From Chiloscyllium plagiosum (lineage: Eukaryota), in the NCBI RefSeq assembly GCF_004010195.1, contig NC_057749.1, forward strand, positions 25,326,234 to 25,363,495: a DNA stretch of 37,262 nucleotides, in the 5' to 3' direction. Made by a program: the position numbers and the translations under genes. Numbering within the stretch: position 1 is the first letter of the stretch; the number at the start of each line of letters is the position of its first letter. Below the pieces are notes generated by a model. It was not told where the DNA came from, searched no databases, and saw nothing but the letters and a program-made list of their open reading frames with translations. Shown here piece by piece: positions 11,563 through 24,060 of the stretch.

Positions 11563-11820
11563 GTAAAAACAATGACTGCAGATGCTGGAAACCAGATTCT
11601 GGATCAGTGGTGCTGGAAGAGCACAGCAGTTCAGGCAGCATCCGAGGACAGGCAAAATCGACGTTTCAGGCAAAAGCCCTTCATCAGGAATAAAGGGCTT
11701 TATTCCCATCAGGAATAAAGCCCTTTATTCCTGATGGGAATAAAGCCCTTTATTCCTGATGAAGGGCTTTTGCCCGAAACGTCGATTTCGCTGCTCGTTG
11801 GATGCTGCCTGAACTGCTGT
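11563..11820. mobile_element. Palindromic PLE-terminus element with about 98-bp arms
   Basis: Arms 11623-11720 and 11723-11820; two hammerhead-like cores in opposite orientation. Confidence 0.85.
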
Positions 11821-11924
11821 TTTAATTTGGAGCCCAGTTCCCCAGTTTGTTAATGTCCTTCGAAAGATTGTTAAGAGCTCCTCATTTTTCATTAAATTTG
11901 TGTTTTGTGTCATCTGCAAATTTG

Positions 11925-12700
11925 ATGTGAGTACAGTTCCAACGTTTAAGAGACGTTTAGACAGGTATGTGAATAGGAAAGGATTACGGAGATATGGGAG
12001 GCAAATGGGACTAGTTTAGTTTGGGAAATTTGCCATGGACAAGTTGGACCGAAGGGTCTATTTCCCTGCAGTATGACTCCATGACTCATAATATCTATAC
12101 GTTGTATATTCGAGTTCAGGTCCAGGATATTATGGTGCTCCAAAAGACCAGTGCTGATACAAATATCACTACAAAAACATTATTTGGAATACTGCATTCA
12201 ATTCTGGTCTCCCCACTACAGAAACGATGCTGTTAAAGTTGAAAATGTGCAGCAAGCATTTGTTGACAGGGTTGGAGGGCTACAGGGAGAGGCTGAATAG
12301 GCTGAGGCTATTTTCTCTGGAACCTCAGAGGCTGAGAGGTGACCTTATAGAGGTTTATAAAATCATGAGGGGTATAGATAGAGATTTTTAAAAGTAACCC
12401 ACAATCTTTTTTCAAGGGAAGGGAGTCCAAAACTAAAGGACATAGATTTAAGGTGAGAGGGGAAAGATTTAAAAGGGACCTAAGGGGCAATCTTTTCACG
12501 CAGGGGGTGGTACGTGAATGGAAACAGAAAGTGGTGGAGGCTGGTACAATTACAACATTTAAAAGGCATCTGGATGAGTATATGAATAGGAAGGGTTTAA
12601 GAGGACTACAGGCCAAGTGCTGGCAAATGGGGCTAGATTAATTTAGGATATCTGGTCGGCATGGATGAGTTGGAGTGAAGGGTCTGTTTCCGTGCTGTAA
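11925..12700 (+). mobile_element. Two CR1/HER1 3' fragments (about 11925-12090 and 12170-12700)
   Basis: RGERFKRDLRGNLFTQ motif and CR1 3' UTRs. Confidence 0.88.
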
Positions 12701-13494
12701 AATAGCGTTAGGGTGACTCTCTGCCCTTGGAAAAGCAACCATGAAACACTAGACTCTGTTTCCAATCCACACTGTCTAGGTGAGAGTGGTGCTGGAAAAA
12801 GGCTTTTGCCCGAAACGTCGATTTTCCTGCTCCTCGGATGCTGCCTGACCTGCTGTGCTTTTCCAGCAGCGCTCTAATCTAGTTGATTCCAATCCACACT
12901 GCCCTATCCCATAATTCCAACCGCGTTAATAATGCTAAGAAACTAGGCAACAAACACCAACCTTGCAAATGATAGCTGTGGCCCATTTTAAAAATGTGTT
13001 AAGAAGACCGCATTAAATTTTCAACAGCACAAAAGAGAGTTAAATAAACTTTCACTAGCCACTGAGACTATTTTTGGGGGCTAAAACATATTTACAAACA
13101 TGTTTTGTTAATGAACCTGGCTCCATCAGCAGCATATCTGGGAGCCATTAGCAGTGTGAGCAGTGTGAAATATTTGTAGCATCCAAAGCAGAAACCACAA
13201 GTAAAAGATGGAGTCACTCATTCCCCACACATACAGGATCCCCCTGAGCAGACGCGCCAGGATTGAGAAACTGGAATACTGCATAAACTTTCAAGCAAGA
13301 GTCAATCACTCAAATATCAGCCCCATTCAGGTTTTGATTTGCTTTTTTTTTTAAAAAAAGAAAAAGCACTTTTTCATACATCTTGTATAAAGTCGCCCTA
13401 ACCATTTTCAGAACCAAGGGCTGTGGGGAGTTGGGAAGACAGAAGCCATCCTTTGAAATCTTGTGTTACAATTGTTAGCGGAATCTAGGACAGC

Positions 13495-13768
13495 CTCAGG
13501 CGATTGTCTGTGTGGAGTTCACACATTCTCCCCGTGTCTGCGTGGGTTTCCTCCGGGTGCTCCGGTTCCCTCCCACAGTCCAAAGATGTGCAGGTCAGGT
13601 GAACTGGCCACGCCATGGTGTCCAGGGATGTGTAGGTTAGGTGCATTAGTCAGGGGAAATGTAGAGTAATAGGGTAAGGGAATGGGTCTGGGTGGGATAC
13701 TCTTCAGAGGGTCGGTGTGGACTTGTTGGGCCGAATGGCCGGTTTCAACGCTGTAGGGATTCTATGAT
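13495..13768 (+). mobile_element. HE1-type V-SINE, 5'-truncated
   Basis: V-domain plus gtagggattctatg tail. Confidence 0.9.
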
Positions 13769-13857
13769 GATTCTTTGTTGACTAGGAGTTAAAAGTAAGG
13801 GGTCGCCCATTTAAGAGAGAGGTGAGGGAATTGTTTAGCTGATGGTTGCAAAACTTC

Positions 13858-14195
13858 TTTTTATTCACAGGATGAGGGTATGCCTGGCCAGACCGTCATT
13901 TATTGCCCATCCTTAATTGCCCAGAGGGCAGTTAAAAACCAACCACATTGCTGTGGGTCTGGGGTCACACATAGGCCAGACCAGGTAAGGATGGCAGCTT
14001 CCTTCCCTAGAGGACATTAGTGAACTAGATGGATTTTTCCTGACAATTGATAATACTTTCATGATCACCATTAGACTCGTAATTCCGGATTTTTAAAAAC
14101 TGTGTTTTAATTCTATCACGGCAGGATTAAACCCAGGACATTAGCTGAGATTCTGGATTAATAGAGTAGCAATAATAGCACTCGGCCGTGGCCTC
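13858..14195 (-). mobile_element. tRNA-derived SINE (family B) inserted in an old CR1 fragment (about 13785-14400)
   Basis: Reverse complement of the family B consensus; CR1-like sequence resumes on both sides. Confidence 0.8.
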
Positions 14196-14529
14196 CATTT
14201 TGAAATTCCCTTCCTCAAAAGGGAAGCGAAGGCAGAATCTTTGCAATGTTTTTAAGGCAGAGGTAGATAGATTCTTGACGACGGAGGGGTTGAAAGATTA
14301 TTAGGGGTCTACAGGAATGTAGAGCTAGGATTACAATCAGATGAGCCACGATTTTATTTAATGGCAAAGCAGGCTTGACGGGGCAAGTGGCCTTATTTTT
14401 TGTATGGCAAGGAGCAAACCAATTAAATATTTTCTAACATGGGTAACAGTAGCAAAACAGTAAAGCCCCATTGTTGGAGAGGTTCCAAAGTGCAGGGAGT
14501 AGTGTCAATGTCTCTATTCCAGAAGAGCT

Positions 14530-15092
14530 GAGTTTGAATTGGAAAGTCATGTTGAGGTTGTACAGGACATTGGTGAGGCCTCTCTGGTCTCCCAGTTATA
14601 GGAAGGATATTATTAAGCTGGAGAGGGTTCAGGCAGATTTACCAGGATGTTGCCAGGTATGGAAGGTTGGAGTTACAAAGAAAGGTTGGAACATTTTCGC
14701 CAGAGCATCAGAGGTTGAGAGGTGACCATATAGAGATTTATAAAATCATGAGGGGGATAGACAGGGTTAATGGTAGCTGTCTTTTCCCTAGGGTGGGGGA
14801 TTTCAAGATCAGGGGGGCACATTTTCAAGGCAAGAGGAGAGAGATTTAAAAAAAAGACATGAGGGGTATTTTTTTTTACATAAAGAGTGGTTCATGTGTG
14901 GAATGAACTGCCAGAAGTAGTGGCAGGTACAGGGATGATTACAACATTTAAACAACATTTGGAAAAGTACATCAATAAGAAATGTTTGGAGGGATATGGG
15001 ACAAGTGAAGGCAGGTGGGACTAGTTTGATTTGGTATTAATGTCGGCATGGACTGGTTGGACCGAAGGGTCTGTTTCTATGATGCATGACTC
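14530..15092 (+). mobile_element. CR1/HER1 LINE 3' fragment
   Basis: VMLRLYRTLVRP...KDIIKLERVQ motif and 3' UTR. Confidence 0.9.
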
Positions 15093-15368
15093 TCCAGTAC
15101 TTAAAAGCTGAAGAAACTGCTTTCATAATGGAGCTAAATGAGTTGATTTTTAAGCTGTAAATCCTTCTGACATATGGCCATGGCAGGTAGTAAGAGTGGG
15201 ACAGTCTCCTAGACAGCTACATTTGCTTTGGACTGGGGTTTGTGAAAGCTAAAGTCTCTGGTGAAAGATTAATTTAAGGCTTCGGACCACCCACCATCAA
15301 TGGGAACCATGGGGGGGGGGGTGAACTGGATCAATCCTCACCATGATATTTTAATATAAATTGACTTA

Positions 15369-15542
15369 CAGAGGAACCTCGATTATCTGAAGGACACTGG
15401 TGGGGAGTATTTGTTTCAGTTAATCGAATTCTGGATAATCGAATGCCGGATAGCACAGTTTAACCATACATCGGGACCTTGCGGTCTTGCTGGATAATCC
15501 AACATTCGGATGATCGAATGCTGGATAATTGAGGTTACTCTA
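15369..15542. mobile_element. Tc1/mariner (Tigger/pogo-like) MITE
   Basis: Imperfect TIRs cagaggaacctcgattatc / gataattgaggttactcta, flanked by TA on both sides. Confidence 0.75.
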
Positions 15543-15689
15543 TATTCCCTTCCAAATTTTGATTTTCTATGACGGAGACCCTTAGGAGACTGTCAATCCT
15601 AACATGCCTGAGATTAGATATTTGGTTTATTTAAAACAGGAGAAAGAAGGACTCTTGGCAACCTCCTTTTGTGACCACATCCCAGTAGC

Positions 15690-16090
15690 AGTTACTCTGT
15701 TACCGCCATGGTGAGGTATTTACTCGAACCGCTGCAGTCCATGTGCTGTAGGTCCACCCACAGTGCTGTTAGGGAAGGAATTCCAGGATTCTGATCTCGC
15801 GACACTGAGGAACAGCGAAATATTTCCATGTCAGCACAATGTGTGACTTAGAGTGGAACCTGCAGTTGGCAGAGCTCCATTTGCATCTGATGCCCTTTTC
15901 TTTCTTGGTGGTGGAGACTGTAGGTTTGGAAGGGGTTGTCGAATGAGCCTTAGGGAGCTGCTGCAGGGCATCTTGTAGATGGCACACACTGAACATTAAT
16001 GGCGGAGGGAGAGGATGTTCAAGGGGCCAATGAAACGGCTGCTTTCGCCTGGATGGTGCCGAGCTTCTCAAGCTTGGAGCTGCACCATTT
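15690..16090 (-). mobile_element. CR1/L2-like LINE 3' fragment (LINE-B)
   Basis: Reverse complement of the 'CAIYKMHC...PRLLRQHLPNP' region also seen at 30290-30990. Confidence 0.7.
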
Positions 16091-16103
16091 TAAAATTTTC
16101 ATG

Positions 16104-16430
16104 GGAGGCAACGGCCTAGTGGCATTATCGCTCAGCTGTTGATCCAGAGCCCCAGGTAACATGCTGGAGAACCTGGGTTCGAATCCCGTCACGGCACATG
16201 GTGGAATTTGAACCCAGTAAAATCTGGAAATAAGAGTCTAATGGTGACCGGGAATCGATTGTTGGGAAAAACCCATCTGGGTCACTAATGTCCTTTCGGG
16301 AAGGAAACTGCCATCCTTACCTGGTCTGGCCTACATGTGATTCCAGAACTACAGCAATGTGGTTGACTCTTAACTGCCCTCTGGGCAATTAGGGATGGGC
16401 AATAAATGCTGGTGACATCCTCAGCCTCTG
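16104..16430 (+). mobile_element. Near full-length tRNA-derived SINE (family B)
   Basis: A-box-like ggcctagtgg, B-box gggttcgaatccc, tail gggcaattagggatgggcaataaatgctgg shared with LINE-B. Confidence 0.88.
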
Positions 16431-16694
16431 AACAAATTTAAAGACAGTCTCACCCTTATGCCCACCGTGGCTTTGCTCCACGTTTTCTATGATCTCCGCC
16501 CCCCCCAACTCGACAGTCCTCTGAGATATGTCAGCCAGTCCCCCTGGATTGGCTGGAATTCTAATGGAATCGGCACCTATTTCCCAGTCAAATGACAAAG
16601 CAGGTAGCTGCTGCTGAGTTGGGAGTGAGTTTAAGCCCAGAGTAGAGGTAGTAGAGCCCAGCGTGGCCAAGCGCTTAGGGACTGTGGTTGAATC

Positions 16695-17025
16695 ATGGAA
16701 TCCCTAAAGTGTGGAAACAGCCATTTGGCCCATCAAGTCCACACCAACCCTCTGAAGGGTAACCCCCCCAGACCCATTTCCTTACCCTATCACTTTACAT
16801 TTCTCCAGACTGACGTACCTAGTCTACACATCCCTGGACACGATGGGGCAATTTAGCATGGCCAATCCACCAAACCTGCACATCTTTGGACTGTGGGAAG
16901 AAACCAGAGCACCTGGAGGAAACCCACACAGACACGGGGAGAATGTGCAAAATCCACACAGACAGTCACGCGAGGGTGGAATCGAATCCAGGTCCCTGGC
17001 ACTGTGAGGCAGCAGTGCTAACCAC
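16695..17025 (-). mobile_element. HE1-type V-SINE
   Basis: Head, V-domain and tail all present. Confidence 0.92.
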
Positions 17026-17901
17026 ATGGTGTTGAACTGTTCACTGAGTTTCTTTATTTTTCTACTTTTTAGTAAGAAGGACTGTAATGTTTAACTTTTT
17101 AAACTTAGTTTTCCTTATTTTGCTGCCTTGCACCCAGATTCCATCCCTAGATTTTGAACCCGAGATAGAGGTGACAGTGGTAACTTGAAAACCTTTCACG
17201 GTACTCGTGACAATTTAGCTATTTCAATTCAATTCATTCAGACAAGTGGAGAGTGTTCCATCTCACTCTCAATTTGTGACCCATTCCAGGGAAAATAAGC
17301 TCTGGAAAACAGACTGCAAGGATGTGGTTCAGCTGCCTTGTGTATCTCGAGATGCAGAGAGGAAGAAATTGCTGACCGGGATTGTAAACACTGGTTAGTT
17401 TTTCCTTTTCTTAAAAAGAAAATATTGTTGGAACTTTGCGTAGTATCACAGTAACTTAAACTTGTTGACACATCACTCAAACGTACAGCTAAAGAAAAAT
17501 TTCTTTTAGAAACTCCAATCTAGATATCATGGCCCACACCCTGCTAGATTTCATTGCACCACCACATAGTTCAGAGCATTGAACAAATAATGGGGTCTGT
17601 TTTACAATACGTGATTCCCTCTAATAATTAGGTATAAAAGTGTTTAAATTCACAAAGCCTCCCTGCCACCAGAGGGCATCTGACACATTCAACATTCAAA
17701 GAGCCCTAACCCGTGACAAACAGGTTTTTAAAATCTTGACTTTTCCACAAAAGTGGGAAGTAGAGAGTTTGACTCTGAAAACCAGTTCAATCTCAGAACC
17801 TTGCCAACAAGTTTCATTTCCCTAAAATCCCAAAGTCAATCCTTAATTCCGATGCCAAACTTTGACGACCTTTTTCTTTTTAAAAATAAAACTTTCATTT
17901 C

Positions 17902-18105
17902 TGATTTGGAGTTGCTGGTGTTGGACTGGGGTGGACAAAGTTAAAAAAATCACACAACGCCAGGTTATATCCAATAGGTTTATTTGGAAGCACTAGCTTT
18001 CGGAGCTCTGACAACAACCTGATGAAGGGGCAGCGCTCCGAAAGCTAGTTATTCCAAATAAACCTGCTGGATTATAACCTGGTGTGGTGTGACTTTTAAC
18101 TTTCA
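17902..18105. mobile_element. Palindromic PLE-derived element (family C) with a hammerhead-like core
   Basis: Inverted arms about 17936-18007 and 18034-18103; CTGATGA...GAAAGCTA at 18019-18047. Confidence 0.75.
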
Positions 18106-18109
18106 TGTG

Positions 18110-18470
18110 GACTTCCCACGTCCCAAAAGCCTTCCAAACAATTAATTCCTTTCTAAATGTCTGGCAATGGTTGTAACGTGGAAAATGCAACATTTGCTTT
18201 GCAAAAAGCAAGTTCCCACAGAGAATAATGACAAAGATGACCAGGGATGGGTCGGGGGGATAAATATGAAACAGGAAAGTTCTGTTTTTAATCCAGACCA
18301 GCACCATATGGGGGTCTTTAACATCCACCTGAGGGGATAGCAAGTTTAACATCTAACTGCATGGACAGTATCTCTGGCAATGCTGCACTCCCTCAGTATT
18401 ACAATGGAATGTTTAGTCGAGATTGTTTGCTTTTTACTGGGGCTCGGATGCACAAACCTCTGGGTCACAG
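18110..18470 (-). mobile_element. Deu-domain SINE (SacSINE1/AmnSINE1-like), degenerate
   Basis: Reverse complement contains actgagggagtgcagcattgccagag...ctcaggtggatgttaaagaccccc...gtgggaacttgct. Confidence 0.7.
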
Positions 18471-18956
18471 GCAAATGCACCACCACAGACACAATTATAG
18501 GGCATCTGGAGGTGAATCGGGGCCAGGTATGGCCTGATCAGTAAACCAGTTCCTCTTTAAACTGTAGATGTCAAAAGGGTAGCGCAAACCTCGGACACAC
18601 GACTAACAGCAAAAAGGGGAAAATTCTGGGAATGCACAGCAAGGTACATCCAAACAAATTAAAAACAAAACCAGAAATTGCTGGAAAAGCTCAGCAGGTC
18701 AGCAGCATCCCTGGAGAGAAAGCACATTTCAGGTGCAGTGACCCTTCCTCAGACCCTTTCACCCATGCCCCTCGTGATTCTATAAACCGCTATAAGGTCA
18801 CCTCTCAGCCTCTAAGGCTCCAGGGAAAACAGCTCCAGCCTATTCAGCCTCTCCTCTAACCTCTCACAGATTATTCAGTAACTTTCGTGCAAACACTCAG
18901 CACATTCACACGGCTGGGCTCAGCCACTCGTTCTCTGGTCGCTGAGGGAACCTCAC

Positions 18957-19033
18957 CTCAGATGTGGATGTCTTCTTCCCATCTCCATCCGTTGTCTTTC
19001 TGCCCCGGGATTTGGGCTTGGGAGTCTTGGATC
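18957..19033 (-). CDS. neil1: NEIL1 coding exon starting the basic C-terminal tail; 77 nt, phase 1 to 0
   Basis: ctgtctcttgaag|GA TCC...TCT GAG|gtgagg; encodes (G)SKTPKPKSRGRKTTDGDGKKTSTSE; phases fit both neighbours and the composition is K/R-rich like human GRKSRKKKSK. Confidence 0.85.
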
Positions 19034-19405
19034 CTTCAAGAGACAGTGATTGGGGATGATTTGGTTTCAAGAAAAAAGAACTGCAACGGCAAAAAAATAA
19101 AAACTGCGGAGCCCCACAATCTTTGATAAAATACTTACCTTGATAAAGGCTGGCACTGGAAAAGTCACAGCGGGTCAGGCAGCATCCAAGGAGCAGGAGA
19201 GCCGACGTTTCAGGGAGGAGCCCTTCCTGCTCCTTGGATGCTGCCTGACCCGCTGTGCTTTTCCAGCACCAAGCTTTTCCACTCTGATTCTCCAGCATCT
19301 GCTGTCCTCACTTCCTCCTAAGATACTTGCCTTACACAGTCACCCACTGCACTGATGCTCACACCAAGCTGGAGCAGAGGGAGGCCATTCAGCCCACGTC
19401 AATTG

Positions 19406-19733
19406 GGCTGCACCGTGGCTCAATGGTTAGCACTGCTGCCTCACTGCGCCAGTGACACTGAGGGTTCGACTCCACCCTTGGGCGACTGTCTGTGCAGAGT
19501 TTGCACATTCTTCCCATGTCTGCATGGGTTTCCTCCCACAGTCCAAAGGTGTGCAGGTTATGGTGGATTAGCCATGGTTAATTGTCACAGAGATATGCAG
19601 GTTAGGTGGGTTAGCCATAGGAAATGCAGGGTTACAGGGGTAGGGGGTGGGTTGTGGGTGGGATGCTCTTCAGAAGGTCGGTGTGGACTCGATGGGCTGA
19701 ATGGCCTGCTTCCACACTGTAGGGGATTCTATG
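19406..19733 (+). mobile_element. HE1-type V-SINE inserted in a minus-strand CR1 fragment
   Basis: gtggctcaatggttagcactgctgcctcac head, V-domain, tail. Confidence 0.9.
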
Positions 19734-20009
19734 ATCAAGATTCCTCCACTATTCAAAGAGATTGCAACTGATCTGATAATTCTCATCTCCACTTTCCTGC
19801 CCTTTCCCCAAAACCCTCGATTTCCCCTGACTGATTAGAAATCTAACGCAGCCTTGAATATACTGATGACCCAGCCTCGACAGTCCTCTGCAACATGGAA
19901 TTCCTCACAGTCACTACCCTGAGAAATTCCTCCCCATCTCCGCCTGAATGGTGCAACCCGTCACTCTGAGCTTACACGCTCTGGTGCCAGACTCTTCCAA
20001 AGGCAGGGG

Positions 20010-20445
20010 GAGAGGGGTTTGGAGGGTTTGAGCTAAAAGGAGAGGCTGGAAAGGCTGGGGCTGTTTTCCCTGGAGAGTCTGAGGCGGAGGGATGAGCTTA
20101 TAGAGGTTTATAGAATCATGAGGGGCATGGATAGGGTAAATAGTCTTTTCCCTGGGGTGGGGGAATCCAGAACTAGAGGGAATTGGTTTAGAGTGAGAGG
20201 GGACTTAAGAGGCAACCTTTTCACACAGAGGGTGGTACGTGTATGGAATGAGCTGCCAGAGGAAGTGGTGGAGGCTGGTACAATTACAGCATTTAAAAGG
20301 CATCTGGATGGGTATATGAATAGGAAGGGTTTAGAGGGATATGGGCTACATATAGGCAAACAGGATGAGATTCATTCAGGATATCTGGTCAGCACGGACA
20401 AGTTGGACTGAAGGGTCCGTTTCCGTGCTGTACATCTCTAAGACT
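20010..20445 (+). mobile_element. CR1/HER1 LINE 3' end
   Basis: ORF 20118-20411 (RVWNELPEEVVEAGTITAFKRHLD). Confidence 0.92.
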
Positions 20446-20824
20446 CTAGCCTCTCCACATCTACCTCTGTCAAATCGCCTAAGAATCTTCCAATAAGGTC
20501 ACCTCTCATTCTTCTAAGCTCCAATGAATTAAGGCCCAACCTACTCAACCTCTCCTCCGAACAGAATCCCTCTAGACCCGGGAGTGACCGTGTGAACCTT
20601 CTCACGAAGAGGAGTTGGTGGATAATCAAGTCGTCCCTCATGTTACTCCTACATTAATTCCAATGAAAGCCCTGAAATGCTGACTTTCCTTCTCTCTCCA
20701 CCAATGACGTCAGACCAGCTGAGTTTCTCCAGCATTCTCTGCCTGCATTTCAAGATTCCCAGCACCCACAGTATTTTGCTCGTATGAAAGTGGAAAACGC
20801 AGGAGAAAGGTCAGCCTGCCTCTG

Positions 20825-20945
20825 AGGAGAGCGAGCGAGCGAGTGAGGTGGAGAGGGGACGAGAGACAGCATGAGAGAGAGAGAGAGAGAGCGTAATGGA
20901 GCGAGAGAGAGAACGAGACGGAGAGCGAGAGGGAGAGAGAGAGAC
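20825..20945. repeat. (GA)n-rich microsatellite
   Basis: Direct inspection. Confidence 0.85.
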
Positions 20946-21002
20946 CTTCTGTCAAGATCCAGGCGAGATTCTGAGACAAAACACAGACTGTTGGAATCCT
21001 AG

Positions 21003-21345
21003 AATCCCTACAGTGTGGAAACAGGCCCTTCAGCCCAACAAGTCCACACCGACCCTCCAAAGAGTATCCCACCCAGACCCATTTCCCCTACCCTATTACT
21101 CTACATTTACCCCTGACTAATGCACCTAACTTACACATCCCTGAACACTATGAGCAAATTAAGCATGGCCAATTCACCTGACCTGCGCATGTTTGAATTG
21201 TGGGAGGAAACCAGAACAACCAGAGGAAACGCACGCAGACACGGGGAGAATGTGCAAACTCCCCACAGACTGTCGCCGAAGGCTGGAATCGGACCCGGGT
21301 CCCTGATGCTATGAGGTAGCAGTGCTAACCACTGAGCCACTGAGT
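21003..21345 (-). mobile_element. HE1-type V-SINE
   Basis: Full head, V-domain and tail. Confidence 0.92.
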
Positions 21346-21494
21346 TGCCCTCAGAACATGAACAAAGGGGAATAGGGCAGCTGGCAGGAGGGATGAAATG
21401 GTTAAAAGCTGTTCTGAATTTAAGTGAGAGAACAAGAAAATGAAACAGTAAACTAAAGGGGCGGGGGGTTAAGGTGTAAAACTATTGACAAAGT

Positions 21495-21960
21495 CAGACG
21501 TCACACGACACCAAGTTATAGGAGAAAGTGAGGACTGCAGGTGCTGGAGAGTCAGAGTCGAAACTTATGGTGTTGGAAAAGCACAGCAGGTCAGGCAGCA
21601 TCCAAGGAGCAGGAGAGTCGACATTTCGGGCATAAGCCCTTCATCAGAAATGTGGGGGAAGTGGAGAGATAAATAGGAGGGTGGGGTGGAGTGGAGGGTA
21701 GCTGAGAATACGATGGGCAGGTGGAGGTGGGGGTAATTGTGATAGGTTGGACCAGAGGGTGGAGAGGATAGGTGGGAAGGAAGATGGACAGGTAGATCAG
21801 ATGATGAGGGCAGTGCCGAGTTGGACGGTTGGATCTGGGATAAGGTCGGGGGGAGGTGGGGAAGTCAGGAAACCTGAAACCTTGTGACTTTAAATAAACC
21901 TGTTGGACTATAACCTGGTGTTGCGTGACTTCAACAGTCCAACACCAGCACCTCCACATT
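21495..21960 (-). mobile_element. PLE 3' segment (about 21522-21875) nested in a family C element
   Basis: gagaaagtgaggactgcag terminus, purine-rich body; family C arms on both sides. Confidence 0.75.
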
Positions 21961-22369
21961 AAAATGCCTGAACACAGCGTCAAGTCCCAAATGTTACAAT
22001 GGGTTAAGTCAAAAGAGGAGGTCTTGCTTAGGTTGAGCTCTGGAGAAGGCAAAAAACTTTTTATTCAAGGCTAGTGCAACACTACAAATAAAAGGTGCAA
22101 TCTTAAAATTTATTTTGAGGTTTCGTCTTCAGAGAATGCTGCTGAACAATTGAATTGGAGTCAGTGAGGAGTTCACTGCAGGACAATGTCATTCAGAGAA
22201 TCCAAAGTGGAGTCTTTATTTTAGGTATTTGAGGGGGATGCCACGTGCATAGTATTAGCAAAGCCAGTGTGTGTTACCTGTCCCTAATTGCTCTTGAACT
22301 GAGCAGCCTGTTCGACCGTTTCAGAGGGCGCTTAAGACTTACCCACAATTCAGTGTGCTAGGGGCAGCA

Positions 22370-22786
22370 TACCATAAATACTCAAGAAATAGTTGATTTT
22401 TTTTCTCTGCTTCTTAAGGTTAAATGTACGGGGTCGACTATTACATGGAAACTAGTTTTGAGGGGCTGAAATTCACACCCATCATAATTCATACCGTAGC
22501 ATTAGCAGAAGCCCAACTGATCGCAATTAGGGTAATTCTGAAAACCCAGAGCAGAACACAACAGCCATCGGACTGGAAGGCTGGGAGAACAGTGGAACAA
22601 CCAGCAGACAGGAAATGTGGAACGGGATGTGATGGCCGGTACACTGACTCATAAACGTCGATGTGTTATCTGTGAAGAACTAAGGTCGGACCTTTACACG
22701 AGATATATGGAAAATCCCAGGCTATTTGGCCAAAATTAGGGGCTTGACTTTTACATGAGATCAACTACTATTCAAGAATATATGGA
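22370..22786. mobile_element. Degenerate Tc1/mariner-type non-autonomous DNA transposon
   Basis: Imperfect TIRs ccataaatactcaagaaatagttga / tcaactactattcaagaatatatgg (18 of 25 positions match by eye). Confidence 0.5.
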
Positions 22787-22969
22787 ATTTACCTCCCTAG
22801 AGGGTATTTATGATTCACTGTTTAATGGACACTGTAACAGAGATTGCCTTTCAATTCCAGATTTTGTTCACTGGAGTTAAATACCCATGGTGTGGTGGTG
22901 GGATTTAAATTCATGCCTACACATGAATTACTGGGCCAATGACATTACGCCATCATCTCAGAACATTAT

Positions 22970-23520
22970 ATTTTTTATTCGTTCATGGCATGTGGGCATT
23001 GCTGGAAAGACTAACATTTATTGCCCATCCCTAATTGCCCAGAGCGCCGTTAAGATTAGATCGCAGTATGGAATCAGGCCCTTTGGCCCAACAAGTCCAC
23101 ACTGACCGTCCTAAGAGTAACCCACCTAGACCCATTCCCCTACCCTACATTTCCCTCTGACTAATGCACCTAACACTACGGGCAATATAGCACGGCCTAT
23201 TCACCCTAACCTGCACACCTTTGGACTGTGGGAGGAAACCGGAGCACCCGGAGGAAACCCCCGCAAACACGGGGAGAATGTGCAAAATCCATTAGGTCGC
23301 CTAGGGCTGGAATCGAACCCAGGTCCCTGGTGCTGTGAGGCTGCAGTGCTAACCACAAGTTAAGAGTCAACCTTGCTGTGGGTCTAGAGTTACATGTAGG
23401 TCAGACCAGTTAAGGATGGCAGTTTCCTTCCCTGAATGACATTACTGAACCAGATGGAGTTTTTTCCCAACAATCAGCAACAGTTTCATGGTCATCATTA
23501 GACTCTTCATTCCAGATTCA
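22970..23520 (-). mobile_element. Family B SINE split by an HE1 V-SINE (about 23055-23357)
   Basis: SINE B sequence stops at gttaaga and resumes at gttaagagtcaacc. Confidence 0.85.
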
Positions 23521-23639
23521 TTTATAACAGAGCACTATGAAGATGATAATACAGTGGTGAATGCACAAGTTTATTGTCACATGCTGCATCCCTTACATCC
23601 TGGCCAGAGAGAGAAGACAGCACAGCAGTTTAAAGTCTT

Positions 23640-23940
23640 AGAGTCACACACAGCACAGCAATAGACCCTTAGGTCCAACTCGTCCACGCCAAGTTTCCCA
23701 AACTAAACTTGTCCCATTTGTCTGCATTTGTCCCACATCCCTTCAAACCTTTCCTATTCATATACTTATCCAAATGTCTTTTAAATATTGTAACTGTACC
23801 TGTATCTACCACTTCCTCTGGCAGCTCATTCCACACACGAACCACTGTGTGAAAACATTGCCCCTCAGGTCCCTTTTAAATCTTTCTCCTCTCACCTTAA
23901 AATTATGCCGTCTAGTTTCGGACTCCCCTCACCTAGAGAA
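23640..23940 (-). mobile_element. CR1/HER1 LINE 3' end
   Basis: Reverse complement of the CR1 3' consensus. Confidence 0.88.
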
Positions 23941-23944
23941 AAAT

Positions 23945-24060
23945 TTCCTCTCGCTCAATGTTGGCAAAACTAAATTACTGATCATTGACTTCAGAAAAAA
24001 AGAAGGCCACACCCCTATCCACATCGATGGAGCGGAGATTGAGAGGGTGGAGAGGGTAAA
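23945..24060 (+). mobile_element. Rex1/L2-like LINE RT fragment
   Basis: LNVGKTKLLIIDFRKK...PIHIDGAEIERVE motif. Confidence 0.75.

Noticed and set aside
11680..11765. Short reiterated units that might suggest a CRISPR-like array
   Set aside because: Eukaryotic context, no spacers; it is the centre of a fold-back repeat.
16104..16200. tRNA-like A/B boxes (also at 5173 and 19406)
   Set aside because: These are SINE heads, not tRNA genes.
16454..16576. Open phase 1-1 exon-like stretch (ADSIRIPANPGG...HKG) with a gtgaga donor
   Set aside because: Poor polypyrimidine tract, incompatible with the phase-0 intron it lies in, and no recognisable homology.
17241..17394. Plus-strand open exon-like segment
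   Set aside because: The acceptor derives from a repeat tail, and there are no partner exons or recognisable protein.
19034..19080. Stronger-looking upstream acceptor ttgcag|TTC for the 18957 exon
   Set aside because: It needs a phase-2 donor; after the phase-1 micro-exon it gives an almost immediate TGA.
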